A DNA stretch of 64,000 nt from Blasia pusilla (Eukaryota): NCBI GenBank assembly GCA_050084515.1, contig CM114271.1:16740001-16804000 (forward strand), written 5' to 3'. This document shows positions 1-13,497 of the stretch, in pieces; within the stretch, counting starts at the first letter, position 1; every line of letters begins with the position of its first letter. The notes under the pieces are model-generated. The model worked only from the letters and a program-made list of their open reading frames with translations. It was not told where the DNA came from and did no database searches. A program made the position numbers and the translations under genes.

Positions 1-1108
1 CCCCATCTCTTGCAATCCATGTCCGTGGACATATCCAAACTTGTCCCTCCATGTCCATCTTAGGGACGGATTTGTTCTTTTTTGTGCAACCATGAAGATG
101 AGCTCCCATCATAAGTAGCTAAGTCTGTGATGCCCACGCCATTAGACACATGGTAAGTTGAGTCATGATTGTGGGTCCAAGGAGGAAAGACCTTGATGTG
201 ATCCACCAAAGTCAAAACCTAGAGTAGCTAGTCACGAGACTAAAAAGGGTGACAGAACAAGTCGTGAGAGTAACATCAGGCGAGGTGTGGACGTGTTTTG
301 TGATTGTCCTTAGGTGAGAAAAGGGTGTAACTACTTGCGAGGATAAAATCAATGCAAGCAAGGTTTGAGACCTTGGAGCCAAGCACCAAATCAAGGGCGA
401 AAAGAAAGGAACATATGAGTAGTCAAGATGGTCGAGACGCCATGCTACTAGTCATGAAACGCAAAGGACAGCAAGACAACCATGAGACGAGGGGAAGTTA
501 AGATGGGCCGTGAGACACATGAAACGCGGGTCCAACCTCCAAGATGCATTTGGAGAACCAAGAGTTGCATAATGTGCAAGAAGCCTTCGCCAAGCCATCT
601 TGATGGATAACTAGTCTATTATCAGTCTACGGATCACAAACCACATTTGGGTTGAGGATCAAAATCAACTGAGGTCTGAGGGGAACAATAGAGAAGGTGA
701 AGTTTCCCGGAGAACCCCAAGAGTACCCAAGGGATGGAAAGGGGGCACTCTCATTCCCTGCCTACACAAGTCCTTGAACTAGGAAGTAACCTTGTGTACT
801 CTAGATTGTTGGTGACCGATTAGGCTAGATGAAGTAGAAGTCGGACTCTACGATGACTCCAAATGAGCATCATTCAATGTATATCCCTCTAGGCATTTCC
901 ATGGGTGATCTGTATACGCAAGTAACATCTTCCTTATAGATCACCAACAACTTGTCCACAAGGTACTAACTCTCTATCAACTATACACATGGTCCTCTTA
1001 CAAGATCAGCTACTATCGAACAACCAACTAACCCTCAAACCCTATGGCCCCAAATAGATCCACACAAAGGACGAGAGGGTTAACCTCTAGGTGACTAGAG
1101 AAGTGGAG

Positions 1109-1248
1109 GATAGTATCAAGGCCTTAGTGGGGTATTTTACTTCTCTATTTTGAGAGGTCATACGTGACCTGCATCCTCCTAAGTGCAGGTCACGTATGAC
1201 CTCTCAAAATAGAGAAGTACAATACCCCACTAAGGCCTTGATACTATC
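1109..1248. repeat. Near-perfect inverted repeat (65-bp arms, 10-nt loop)
   Basis: 1109-1173 (gatagtatcaagg...gtgacctgca) is the reverse complement of 1184-1248 with one mismatch; loop tcctcctaag. Confidence 0.95.
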
Positions 1249-1740
1249 TCGCCCTATGTCTCATATTTCATGACACATTACATAAGGAAAGAAACGACTA
1301 GTTTATACACTAATACTCGGTATGAGGTCTCGAAAACTTACAAAAAGGCTCTAGAACCCATGGAAAGAAGTCATCTCCTTACCACTCCTATAGTTTTTTC
1401 AACTAGTTTTCGCCCCTCATGAAAGAAGATTAAAATGATTTTTAAGGAAAAATTATAGGAAAGTGTACCGTGCTCTTGATATCCATAGTCTAATAAGATT
1501 TACTATGCATGATTTTAAATGATACTAGTAAGGGACTGTGAGATGCATCGATCCTTTATTAATAACTAATGTTTAAACATAACTCTCCTTACCAATTTTT
1601 ATACGACCCCCTTAGAATGACCAAAAGTATTTCTGAAAGACACCTGTCAAAAGCAACAGCGACAGAAAATCGCATCCTCCAATTAGTATATAGTTGTTAG
1701 GAGGTGCTACAAAAAACTACATCCTCCAATAAGTATCTCA

Positions 1741-2006
1741 TGCCTATTTGTCCTCGGGTTTGCTAACCCGAGGTCGAGTTAGTTTACCCTAGCTTCTCCT
1801 TGGAATTATGCTTGAAAGAAAAAGAAAATCTTTGTGTTCCCCATTCTATTGAGCATGAAGCTATAGCACAGTGGACACATCCTTCCATGTGGAACAGCTG
1901 GTTGTGGGTTTGAATCCAGCTGCGCGCACTACATTTTGTCCTTGTGTTGCTCCCCATTTTACCAAAACTCTTACCCTCCTTGACCTAACCCGAGGATGAA
2001 TAAGCG
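1741..2006. mobile_element. MITE-like element with imperfect 20-bp terminal inverted repeats enclosing a degenerate tRNA-like segment
   Basis: tgcctatttgtcctcgggtt (1741-1760) vs aacccgaggatgaataagcg (1987-2006): 16/20 complementary. Internal A-box-like tagcacagtgg (~1864) and B-box-like ggtttgaatcc (~1907). Confidence 0.4.
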
Positions 2007-2792
2007 CAAGGAATTAATCTACATTATTATGGGAGAATGCCCTTATATGGGGTGCCTTCCCTCCTTGTGACATCTATCTTTTCCGACTTCTAATTGATTG
2101 ACAAGTGTTGTTCTCCCCACTAATCTCTTTTGAGACCTGAGCCTCTGTCTTCTCGAACTAATCTTCATTCACCCGTGGAGAGCACGGGCACCAGATAATT
2201 AGGAAATGGGGTTGAGGAGATTCAAAATAAGAGTCCCAAATCCATTAGGTAGTCACATTAAAAATCAATAAAAGCAGTTGTGAAACATACGTGTTACCTC
2301 TAGTAAACAATTAACCTTTTGAACGACTTGAGGCGTCCTATTGGACGCTTAGGCTTAGATCCATTTCCATGATTAAATACCTTGAACCCTACCTGCTTTC
2401 CGTCAGGTCCAGGATGTCAGTACGTACATTAGATCCACCGCCGGACGGACAGATCCAAGACCGGATGGGATTGGATTTACAAGGCGGGCTCAAGGGGAAT
2501 CAAAGGGAGCCATACGGCAGCCCCTGTTAAATTCTATTCCCGTCGTCTTCTTGTACGGGGCGCTGGTCCCACAGCAACGGTCGGGTATGATCCCAACCCC
2601 GTCACTGTTTTTACGGATCCACGTCAAACCAAGCCCCGGGAAACCGTAAAGCCATTCGTCGGCCGACAGTTTCGCTTTGAAGCGCCCTCTTCCGAGAGTC
2701 CGACAGAACCTCCCGTGAGGTGAGAGAGAGAGTGGGTGCTTCCGATGTCAACTGTAATTATCCGTCTGGTGTTTGAAGCAAGAGACATGGAG

Positions 2793-3300
2793 TCGGATTC
2801 ATGAGCGGAGTTCGATGCTTTGCGAAGGAGCGAGCTCAATCGGAGGGCAGTTGTTCCGTTCCTCGCTTGAGGTTTACGGGCGGGAGGAGAGTGGAAGCTG
2901 AATGTTGGAACTGAGGCCCCAGTGATGAAGATGCGAGGTGAGTTCGTTACGAGGTTTTTGGAAGAAGAGAGGTGAAATCGGACTCATGAGGCGGAATTCG
3001 ATGCTTTACGAACGAGCGCGCTCAATGGGAGGGCGGTTCTTGTGTTTCCTCGCTAGAGGTTTGCGGGCGGGAGGGGAGCAGAAGCTGGACGACCGAATCG
3101 AGGGCCCGGTGCTGAATATGTGCAGTAATTTTATCTTTGGGTCTTTGGAAAACGAGACAAGAAATGGGATTCATGAGGTGGAATTCGATGCGGTAAATTG
3201 GAGGGCAGTTATTGCGTTTCCTCGCTTGAAGTTTACGGGGAGAGGAAGGGCATGCTGGACGGCGGAATCGAGGCCCCAGTGCCCAGCGATGAAGATGTGA
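2793..3300. repeat. Three diverged tandem units of ~185 bp
   Basis: Recurring ggattcatgag...gaattcgatgc...ggagggcagtt...ttcctcgcttgaggtttacggg blocks starting at ~2793, ~2978 and ~3166. Confidence 0.75.
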
Positions 3301-3688
3301 GATAATTTCATCATGAGATCTCAGCTTTGAAGTTGCTTTGGCAATCATGCGGGTTCACACATGGCAACAATCATCTTGAAAAAACATCTCGCAAAGCGAG
3401 TAAGAGACGGTGGGGGAGTGTTCTCCAAAACTCAAGGAAGCTAGCCATCTTTGAATGTGCGCGGACGGCACGTGTTTGATGAAGATGTCGGTACGCGAGC
3501 GAGCACTGGCAATACTTTACATTCTTCAAGGCACATGTCTGTAGATGGCCGCACGCGAGCACTGGGAAACACTCGTGAAAAAACTGTACATTCTGCCACC
3601 GCTGTTGAATTCCTGTATGAACTGCGCGAAGGATCTGCAGAGCAACTGACGCACGGGTTCGATGGCAAGAAAGAAAACTGATAGCTAT

Positions 3689-4447
3689 CTACACAAGTTC
3701 CCTGGGCCAATTGCGGTACCAACCAGCCCAAGCTGAAGTGAGCCCGGAGATGCCGAGAGTGATGGCATGGCTGACGAATGGATTCGGGTTGAGATCACCC
3801 AGGTCTATCATGAAATCTGACACATTGGCTGCAATCGCAAGCACACGCATAACCCTTTGAAATCGTATTGCGGCGATGGCAGCCCTCTTCTGCTTTATCT
3901 GGTCGGCCGTGATGGAGTTCCCGGAAGACTCGGATTGGAGCTTACTACTCTTGACGAGCGCTTCCAGCTCTTTCGAGTGCCTCTTCTCAGCGGCCCTCTC
4001 CATCTTCAGCATAACGAGGTCCTGTATGATGAAGAACACATAGCCAAAAGCCTCACCGAAGGCGGAGATGTAGCAGCTCTTGGCTGCAAGCTGGCTGTCA
4101 AGAAGTCCCACCCTAGACATCCAGGTGAAGTGATCGAAGAAAAAATAGACCATCTCTCCGCTGTTGCTGAGAATTCCCAAGAGTTGCCACTTCCAGTTGG
4201 GGTACCGCGTGGTGCGGACCGCATTGAATCCAGTCAAGAATCGCCCTGTGCGGAAACACTTCCTGCTCAGCCCGCACGACACCTCCCAGTTCTTGGCTCG
4301 CGCAGCGAGAGCAGTTTCCCCTTTCTGTTGGAGGTACCAGTGCGCGATTTTTGAAGTGTACTGAAAGGTCTTCACCAGTTTGTCAATGCCATCTCGTTTG
4401 GCAAGAAACACCACCAACCGGTCCAGAGAGTCGTTCTTCCGTGCCAT
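3689..4447 (-). CDS. PEX11: Peroxisomal membrane protein PEX11 (PEX11B-like), intronless, 252 aa
   Basis: Intact ORF with the plant PEX11B-type N-terminus (LVVFLAKRDGIDKLVKTFQY), the SRKxFRTGRFL motif and the C-terminus LGISGLTSAWAGWYRNW. Confidence 0.92.
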   Translation of the reverse strand: MARKNDSLDRLVVFLAKRDGIDKLVKTFQYTSKIAHWYLQQKGETALAARAKNWEVSCGLSRKCFRTGRFLTGFNAVRTTRYPNWKWQLLGILSNSGEMVYFFFDHFTWMSRVGLLDSQLAAKSCYISAFGEAFGYVFFIIQDLVMLKMERAAEKRHSKELEALVKSSKLQSESSGNSITADQIKQKRAAIAAIRFQRVMRVLAIAANVSDFMIDLGDLNPNPFVSHAITLGISGLTSAWAGWYRNWPRELV

Positions 4448-7400
4448 CCTTCCCTCTCCTCAAAAAAGCACGTGTTTCTCTCAGCTACAGGAGAACAACA
4501 GTCCCATCCCAAACATGAACCCTGCCTAACTCACACAGCCATTGCAGTAGAAATTCTTCCTATCTCCTGTCTGGCGATTCCAGGAGGATTTTGTCAGAGA
4601 AGTCCTAACTTCGGGCGAAAGAGGGCCCTACTCCGATTCACTTGAAACTCCAAGACTGGCATTTTGTACCCGAATGCGCAGATCTGGATGGAGTCCAGCA
4701 ATTCAGCTCAGAGTTGATGTCCTCTGCGAATCGAGACTGCGCAAGGCAGTTCGTTGTGTGACCATAGGGAGTAAAGGCAGCGAGTGGTAATTATGGCACA
4801 CACGAGGGCGGTGTGACGTTTCGGGACGTGGTGTGTGAGCGGGAATGACTTCAGCAAGCACGCAAATCGTTTGACAGGAGAGGGCTCGAGCAGTCCTGGT
4901 GTGGATGGATGGCTGGATGCTGGATATGGATCCAATTCCTCTGCAGGAATCCCCACGGGAACGTTGTCAACCCGCTTTGTTGGGACATCCTCTGCATGAT
5001 ACTCCCGCTGCCAGATCTCTCTCTCTCTCTCTCTCTCTGCTAGCACCGTCGAACCAGGGCGTGCGTTCTATGGTCGCAAGGCTATGGCAGGCACTGCTTA
5101 CCGTCTCTCTCTCTCTCTCTCTCCTACTTCGGTAGTGCAGTTCAAGATGCGAGGTGCGCAGTTGCGCAAGGCTACGACGGGCAGTACAGTCTCTCCCGGC
5201 TGCGTGTGGAGCGACTAGAAAATCAAATCAAACCAAATCCTCTCTCTCTCTCTCTCTTCCTCGTTTGTAGAGGCCAATGTCGTGGTCTCTCTGTCCTGCA
5301 ATTTATGTCGTTCAATCTCTGTCTGAAGCGCTATTCTCGAGAGAGCATCTCTCTCTCCCCCTCCAGTGCCGAAACTATGTCGTACAATCTCTCTCTCTGA
5401 AGCAGAAGAAGACGACTCTCTCTCTCTCTCTCTCTCTCCAGATCCTCCGAGAAACTACCGAATAAACATAGGAAGTGGGAAAATCATCATAAACCAATAG
5501 ATACAGCTGACACAATTCCGCACGCCGCAACGATAATAACCACGCTCACGAGACCCGACTCTCTCGCTCCTGAGAGAAACGCTTCCACGACTACAGCTCC
5601 CTCACTGCGACGAATCCCGGACCCATTGAAATTAAGCTCCCCGACAGACGCCTTGAAATCCTGAGACGTCAAGGCCGAGCTCCCGGTCCTCCTCCGCACC
5701 AAAGAGATCGAGAGGACGCCCGCGAGCCACACACTCCGTGCACGGCTCTCCCATATCCTCTGCTTCCGGATATGGACAATTTGCGTCGAATCACGGGGAG
5801 GACAGAGGGCAGGCAGAGACGACTATTCCTGCACTCCATCGCCATTCCCACCACAGCCTCCTCTCCTCCACCTCTCGCCTCTCTCTCTATCCGTCTCTCC
5901 GGAATCCCCACAGGAGCATCTAAAGTGCCTCTTGTCAGCCACTCCCCACTCTCTCTCTCTCGGTCGCTCGCTCATTTCGCTCCGTCGCTCACTGCCGTCC
6001 CCCATCTCGCGCGACTTTCCGTCTCCGTCCTCCCGTGCCACTCCCCTGCGTTTCCCGTGTGCATGGATACATCCCCTGTGCGGACGGATGCCGACGTTCA
6101 TGCACCGGACGTGCGCTCTTTTCCGTTCCTTCGTTCCCTCGGTCGGTGCATCCACTTGCAGATGGGCCGTTCATATCCACAATACAATCTCTACAAATTT
6201 CCACATCTTTTTTTAGGTGTATTATTTTTTGGACAGATGTGAGGCTTATTTTAAAATTTAAAATTTCAATTTCAGTGTGCGGCCCTTTCAGAAGGGTGGG
6301 AGAGAAAATAATTAGTAAAAATGTGTGGAAGATGCATGGATAGCTTAGATGGAAAGGAAAAAAAAAAAGGGGAATATACTTAGGGGGCTTGAATATTTCA
6401 AGATATCTAATTTTTTGTTTTCTACAATTTATAAGCATGCATCGCACAAGCACTCCCTTCTAGTCTGCTCATATTTTATGCCAAAATTCCGCTCTATTAT
6501 GTAGATATACCCAAGAGAGGAACCGACAAAAAATGCAACACCAAATGAGCACCAGCAAAAACGAAATGAGCCGTAGCCTTAAACGAGACGAGTGATTACA
6601 CAACTATAAATCAGCCGAATTGACAAGTCCATAGAGCCGTAATCTACTCACAATTTCACACAAATTTGCTAATGTAGAACTCGCAAAGTAGAGTTTTGCA
6701 CTCGCAATTCGCAAGTCATCGACGAATTGAGAGAGTCTTTTTTCTTACATTCGTAGAACACTCACATAATAGATTAAAATTACTGGATTCGTAGTTGCAA
6801 ATTTTTCGAGCCCAAAACTCTACTTTGGGAGTGAGTCGTGAGTGACATACTGGTAAATTTACGAGAGTATTGCAAGTATAGTATGAGTACTTGGCGAGTA
6901 CTTTTTGACTTTCAGAACTCAAAATTGGTAAATTACGAGTCACAGTCGCCAAGGAATCAAAAAGCACTCGCAAATGTAACTTTTAAATTAGCTTATGGGA
7001 AAGTTCTAAGAGAAAATGATTTGACGATGAACAAGCCAACACTCAATGGAAGAAAATTGAGTCAAATAGTTGGATCACTTATTATTTTTTTATTCAAAAC
7101 TTTGATTTTGTACAACTAGCGAGTGGTGGTTGGTGCACACTTAGTGTGCCATGCAATTATCTATCTAAGCATGCACTTGTTGTATGTGCTCATGGTTCCA
7201 CCAACTCTAATCCTACATATGGACGGGTAGATGGAGAGCCTATCATGACTCGAGAAGGAATCAACCCACACGATTAACTAAGAGAATTCCTCTATCGTGT
7301 GGCAATCGGATCATTGGATGAGCTCGGTCCATCCTTTGCGAGACCTTATAACTACGCTCCAAGGCCTCTAACAATGCACAAGTTATACTCATCTCTTTAT

Positions 7401-7929
7401 TGATTCCGAGTTCCACATTGGCCTCAACGTCCTCTTCCTCTATTTTGTGTGATATGGAGTCTCTATTCGACTCCAATCAGCAAGCCATCCCCAAACACCA
7501 TCTACAACCACATGCTCTAGATGAATGCCATAACAAACATAATGTCATATATCATGTAGAAAAAAGTGTTAGACTATTCTAAATTATAAAGAAATATCCA
7601 AAACAACCAAAAACATGGAAGAGGGGATATACCCAAGAAGGCATGTGTGAATGTCTCAACTCCACCTTGGATGAAGGACTGTGTCCCCTTCCATGTCATG
7701 TGTCACATCATGGTTGGTTGATAGGTAGAATTCTACTCTATCGATGATGTCACTGGTCAACAGGTTGTTCATACATAACTTCATTATGAATGGTCAGATT
7801 AGATTGGTCACAACCCCGTTGCCGTGGGATCAATGTTCTCACAACCCTCTATTTTTCTCGATTTTGATCAAGTGACCTTTTATCGAATCAATGATCCTCC
7901 GAAAACCTAAGTGCACATGTTACCCTTTT

Positions 7930-8845
7930 ACCTATTTGGGGGAGGAGATATTTGGCTCTTCCCAAAAGTATCGGAAGTTGGGGTATGACTCTCACTAGCC
8001 AATTTTCTCATGTTTAGACTAGGGAGCGCTCTTTCTTTTAGGGTTTGGTAGGAGCTAGAGTGATGGAACTCTTTGGAGGGATGAGTATGGGATAAGGTGT
8101 AGTGTTGTAAGCCAACATACATGTGTGTCAATATTTGGATAAGGTGTAGTGTTGCAAGCCAACATACAGAGCGGCAATCTTGGGTAGTAACTAATGATTG
8201 AAGCGACAAACTTAGGTAGTAACCATTCTATCATGTTCAATGGTTAGCACATGTGTATAGAGACAATGGGGGCATTGGTTGGGAGGGCAAGACAAAGATC
8301 CGATATATAGGCACCTATGGATTTCTTGAGACATCGTTTAAGCAAAGTGTATGAAGTGGGCAAGAACAACACGCGTTCTCTTCTCTAATATAGAGTATGA
8401 TGTTAGAGATCAAGGTGGAGTTTCTGTAGTAGAGATGACTAGGGTTGTTAAGTAGTAACCACATATAGAGTTTCTCTTTCTTTTGTGAGTGAGATCACAA
8501 TGGAGGCTTAATTGGGAGTGTATGGTAGATCTTGATTTGATCGGAAGAAATAGATGTTGGAAACGGCAGTTCCAACAAGGGCATAGGAGTTATTATGCCC
8601 TCGACATGAGGGATTTGGGTACTTTGAAGGGTCTTGGTATATAAGTAGATTTGGCCATACACAAATCTTCCATCAACCCTACAAGTATTTAAACTGTATT
8701 TTGACATGGAGGGAGCCTTAATTCAAAGTGGGACTCATGATTTATGGGAGGCAAGACTAGTGAAGGTATCCCATGCAGAATATGCATGTACCACAATCAT
8801 GATCGTGAAGAAGGATATGTATGGAAATTGGACACATAGGTGCCC
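7930..8845 (+). mobile_element. Highly degraded remnant of the methyltransferase-carrying Gypsy family (repeat fragment, MTase-RT linker, RT N-terminus)
   Basis: ~7960-8030 resembles the reverse complement of repeat B (ttggctcttccc...ttttctcatgtt). 8706-8840 translates MEGALIQSGTHDLWEARLVKVSHAEYACTTIMIVKKDMYGNW, matching MERALIQSRSQDLLEAGLVELSHGEYASATVMPAKKDMYGNW at 19668. Confidence 0.7.
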
Positions 8846-8973
8846 ATCATGACCCTCATAACCAAATGTGTACCAACGTAGAACATTAGAACTCTATTGG
8901 GCTGACACAAAGATGGAAGCATATTAGAGTCTCACAAGGGAGACATGAGTTGCAAAAGCAAGTGGCAAGACTT

Positions 8974-9390
8974 TGTTGGATTCTCAACATCCACTTCTTC
9001 GAGCACCATTAATCTGATCGGTCCCCTTGTACGAGGAGAAGCCTAGATTGATGGTTTTGACTTGGACGTCGGAGGAGTCATAGTAATATGACGTAGGTGG
9101 TTTCAGGAGTAGCGTTACTAGGATTATCCAACCTTATATTGCATCAGGGTGCCCCGCACCCTGATGCAAATTTTTCTATTAATAAAAATGAAGAAAAAAA
9201 GGTAAAAAATCCTAGTTTCCCGAGTGAAATATTCAAGAGCCGTAGCAATAGCGCATTCTCGTATGTCGAGTTATCTCCATGTTCAGGTTCCATTGAAGCT
9301 CTTCTATGAGCGCACGGACAGACTAGGCCACTTTGTATCTCTAAGTTTTGTAAAGATTTCAGTGATTTCGTCGCTTTCTGTTTTCTCACA
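8974..9390 (+). repeat. Copia 5' LTR (417 bp)
   Basis: Begins tgttggattctc, ends ttttctcaca, followed by the PBS. Confidence 0.95.
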
Positions 9391-9456
9391 TGGTATTAGA
9401 GCATTAGGTTTTCCAGTATTTTGGCGATCTAGTGTGTTTGCACAAAGTCTTGAGAG

Positions 9457-12400
9457 ATGGCTACTTCTTCGTCAGTTCGTGCTTGCCCTCCCCCGATGGG
9501 TGAAGGGAAGTTAGATGGGTCTAACTATACATTGTGGAAGTTCAAAATGAGAACTGTCCTCAAATTATTTGAGATCTGGGAGACGGCCACAGGGATCGAT
9601 TTGCATCCACAAGCTACTTTGAGTTATGCATGTTCATCTTCATCTAGGGATATCAATCCTGTTGTATTGCTGGAATGGAAACGCACAAAACGTTGATGCT
9701 CTATATGCGATTGTCACGAATATAACTGATTCTATCATAACTCTCATTCAACATACAACCACTGTTGCTGAGGCGTGGAACATTCTGAAGAATCAGTTTG
9801 AAACGAGGAATGAGACCCACATTCAAAATCTGGAGAATCAGCTTACGTCCGAGAAATTTTTCAGAAGGAGAAAGTGCAGAGCAATTTTTTAGAAGGATCA
9901 AAAATCTTCAAGATCACATGGCGTCCGTAGGAATTTCAAAGTCTAGCCAAGATTTGGCACATCGGTGCATAAGGATTTTGCCTCCAAGGTATGACAGTTT
10001 GGTCATTGCATTGAATACTCAAGTTAGACCCACGCCGCTTACTTTTGAACAATTTAGTGCAATGTTGGTAGAAGAGGAAATGCGCTTCAAAGCAAGAGAG
10101 GGAAGTGATGTAGCATTTACTGCCAACATAGAGAGAGGTAGAAATTAGGATTACACTTCAAATATCAAGAAGAAATTTCTAAGGAAAGCCTTCAATTAAT
10201 TTTATTTTGGTAAGCTAGGTCATCTTATCAAAGATTGTAGAAGAGAAGTCAGGATGAGAAGAACAGATGTTTAAGACCTAAGAAGGAGTCTGGAAATTTT
10301 GTAGAACTAGGAGAACATGAAGTAGATGCTTGGGTAGCAATCGAAGATTTTTTCACATAGGTAGAACATTCCACTAAGTCAAAGAGTGAAGATGCATGGA
10401 TGCTCGATCGTGGAGCATCTAAGCATATGACCAATCATAAGGATTGGTATAACTCCTTGCAGTCTCTATAGGAGCCCATCGTTATTATTGTTAGAAATAA
10501 TGCAAAGTGCCTTGTAGAAGGGAAAGGCACAATTTCTTTGGTCTCACAAAAAGGAGATGAAAAGAAGTTAACCGATATACTCTACGTACTAGAGTTGAAG
10601 CGCAATTTGATTTCAGTAGCAATATTATGTGATAGTGACCTAGAAGTTTGTTTCAAGAAAATTGGAGCAGTCATTGAGGATGCCGATGGAAAAGTAGTGG
10701 GTGAAGGTATACAACATGGAAATATCAACAAGTTGTATGCTTTCATGACAAGTGTAGGTACACATCTTAGTAGCAGTAAGTTGTGGCATGAAAGATTTGG
10801 TCACTTAAGCTTTCCCTTACTAAGTCAGATGCAGAAATCTGGCATGGTTGTTGATTTACCAACAATTTCTGGAGTGTCGGATACATATGAAGCTTGTATG
10901 ATGGGCAAGCAACACCGACAATCATTTCCACAAGAGTCCAACAATAGAGTAAAGGCTCCTCTAGAGGTGATTCATGCTGACCTCTATGGTAAAATAAGAA
11001 TAGTGGCATTAGGTGGTTCTTCCTACTTCTTTTTAGTTGTCGATGATTATAGTAGGAAGATGTGGGTGTATTTCCTTTGTGATAAGGGAAGTGCTTTTGG
11101 AAAATTTAAAGTATGGCACAAGCTGGTTGAGAATGAGACAGGAAAGAAGGTACATAAGCTTCGCACTAATCGAGGATTATAATTCTTATCAACAGAATTC
11201 AACAAATATTTGGGGGAGCATGGAATCAAGCGACAATTAACCACGTCACATACACCACAACAAAATGGAGTTGTTGAGTGTCGAAACCGTACAATGGTAG
11301 AGATGGCAAGATGTATGATGAAAGCAAAAGGTTTGACAAAAGGATTTTGGGCTGAAGCAGTTAATACTGCCATTTATATTCTAAATAGAAGTGCTACCAA
11401 GGCATGACTCCTCATCAATCATACTCAAGTAAGGTACCATCAGTCCAACATTTCAGGACTTTTGGTAGTGAGTGCTTTGTACATATTTCTGAAGCATCCA
11501 GAACCAAGCTGGAGTCCAAGAGCAAGAAGTGCATCTTTATGGGATACAGTGATGAGTCTAAAACTTATCGCCTATGGTGTCCTAAGGCAAAGAAGATGCT
11601 TGTGAGTCGTGATGTGGTGTTTCAAGAACATCCTCGTCAAGTGGCGGATATCAATGGTCTGTCCACATTATCATCAAACGAAGAGATAACCCACCAGAGC
11701 ACACCACCAATGTTTACACCAGATCATCAAGAAGAAGAATTTGGTGATGATTACAAAGAGCAGCCTGCTCTTCCACTACGGTCGTCATACCCTAAGTGGA
11801 TAAAGCAACTCTTGGATGGTAAGGATCCACCTGCAACTGATGAAGTTGTTACACATCCAAGGAGATCCAAGAGACTAGAGGAGCAAAATAGAGCTTCCGC
11901 ATATCTTGTCAACATGGACTTGATGATAGAGGTCTTGAAGGTGGAAGAGCCATCATGCTTGGATGAGGCCCTTGCTCATCCTCAATGGAGAGAGGCCATG
12001 CAGATGGAGATGGACGCTATTCAGAGAAATGAAACTTGGACTTTGGTTGAGAAGCCAAAGGACAAGAAGATAATATGCACCAAGTGCGTGTACAAGACCA
12101 AGTACAAGTCGGACGGTACGTTGGATAAATTCAAAGCGAGATTGGTTGCACAAGCATGCTCAGAAATCAAAGGTTTTGACTACTATGAGACTTTTGCTCC
12201 TACAACAAGGATGATAACCATTTGAATTGTTCTAGCGGTTGTAGGAACAAGATGTTGGCCTTTATACCAATACGATGTGAAGTCTTCCTTTCTGAATGGG
12301 AGTCTCGAAGAGGAGGTATATGTATCTCAACCACCAGGTTTTGAGACACCCGGATGAGAAGAGAAAGTGTGTTTACTTCATCGAGCATTATATGGGTTGA

Positions 12401-13430
12401 AGCAAGCCCCAAGGGTATAGTATCAACGAATAGATACATTCTTCCGAGAGAAGGGTCTCATCAAGAGTCCATCAGAAGAAAATTTGTACGTGTTCTGCGA
12501 AGATGGGATGTATATGTTGATAGTCTTGTATGTGGATGATCTGATCATCACATGAGACCACATTAAGAAAATAGAGGAAATGAAGGGAGTGTTGAAATCT
12601 GAGTTTGAAATGTCAGATTTAGGTCTTTTAAACTACTTTATAGGGCTGGAGATTTGGCAACACTCTGATTCTATTTTCTCTCTCAATAAAAATATGCTAG
12701 AGAAATCTTGAAGGCATTCGGGATGACTGAGTGTAAGGCAGTGGTCTCGCCAATGGAGGTAGAGTTGAAACTCTTGATGGAGGATATTTCACCATTGGTA
12801 GATGAAAAGTTGTACAGAAAGCTTGTATGCAGTTTGATATTTTTTTGTAACACTAGACCAGACATTAGCTTTGTTGTGGGAGTGTTGAGTAGGTTCTCAA
12901 CTAAGCCTCGTGAGAACCATTGGAAGGCAGGGAGGCGTGTGTTGAAGTACATCAAAGGCACTATCAAGTACGACATCACCTATGGAGCCGGGAAGGAAAT
13001 GACAGCTTTTTGTGACTCGGATTGGGCAGGAGATTCAAATTCTTGGAGATCAGTTTCGGATTATTACTTCTTGGTAGGATCAGGTATGGTGTTATGGGTC
13101 AGCAAGAAGCAACCTAAAGTGGCTCTTTCTTCTACCAAGGCAGAGTACAAGGCGTCTTTTTATGCTTCTTATGCAGTGTGGTTGAGATGGATATTTGAGG
13201 ACATCGGAGAAGCACCAGAAAGTGCTATTGTAATGTGGTGTGACAATCAGAGTTGCATTGTCACAACACATAATTTTTTGTTTTATGCTCGTGCGAAGCA
13301 CATAGAGATCCAGTATCATTTTATTTGTGAATTGATCAAGAGAGAGGTTTTGAAGTTAATCTATTGTCCAAAAGAGGATAACTGTGCAGACATCTTCACA
13401 AAAGCTTTGAACGGAGATCAGCTTCACTGA
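9457..13430 (+). pseudogene. Copia gag-pol pseudogene (stops and frameshifts)
   Basis: Fragments: gag (KLDGSNYTLWKFKM), GAG-pre-integrase (LWHERFGH), integrase (VVDDYSRKMWVYF, TPQQNGVVE), RT (KYKSDGTLDKFKARLVA), RNase H (FCDSDWAG, KHIEIQYHF, ADIFTK). Confidence 0.93.
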
Positions 13431-13497
13431 CATCTGAAGGGTCTTGGCATAGGTCCAAGACAATAGTCCACATGAGAATGGATATTGAGGGGGGGGG

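Noticed and set aside
1858-1930. Functional tRNA gene
   Set aside because: Acceptor and anticodon stems do not pair convincingly; only box-like motifs remain.
3857-4364. Plus-strand ORFs overlapping PEX11
   Set aside because: Antisense shadows of the real CDS.
5487-5911. Possible small plastid membrane protein (MAMECRNS... plus a hydrophobic C-terminal ORF) on the minus strand
   Set aside because: The two parts are in different frames with no evident intron, and I recognise no family; it may be PEX11 upstream/UTR sequence.
6640-6980. Recurring actcgcaa/actcacaa motifs, also near 29690-29870 and 31240-31480, as a possible DNA-transposon family
   Set aside because: Could not define termini, TSDs or a reliable alignment by eye.
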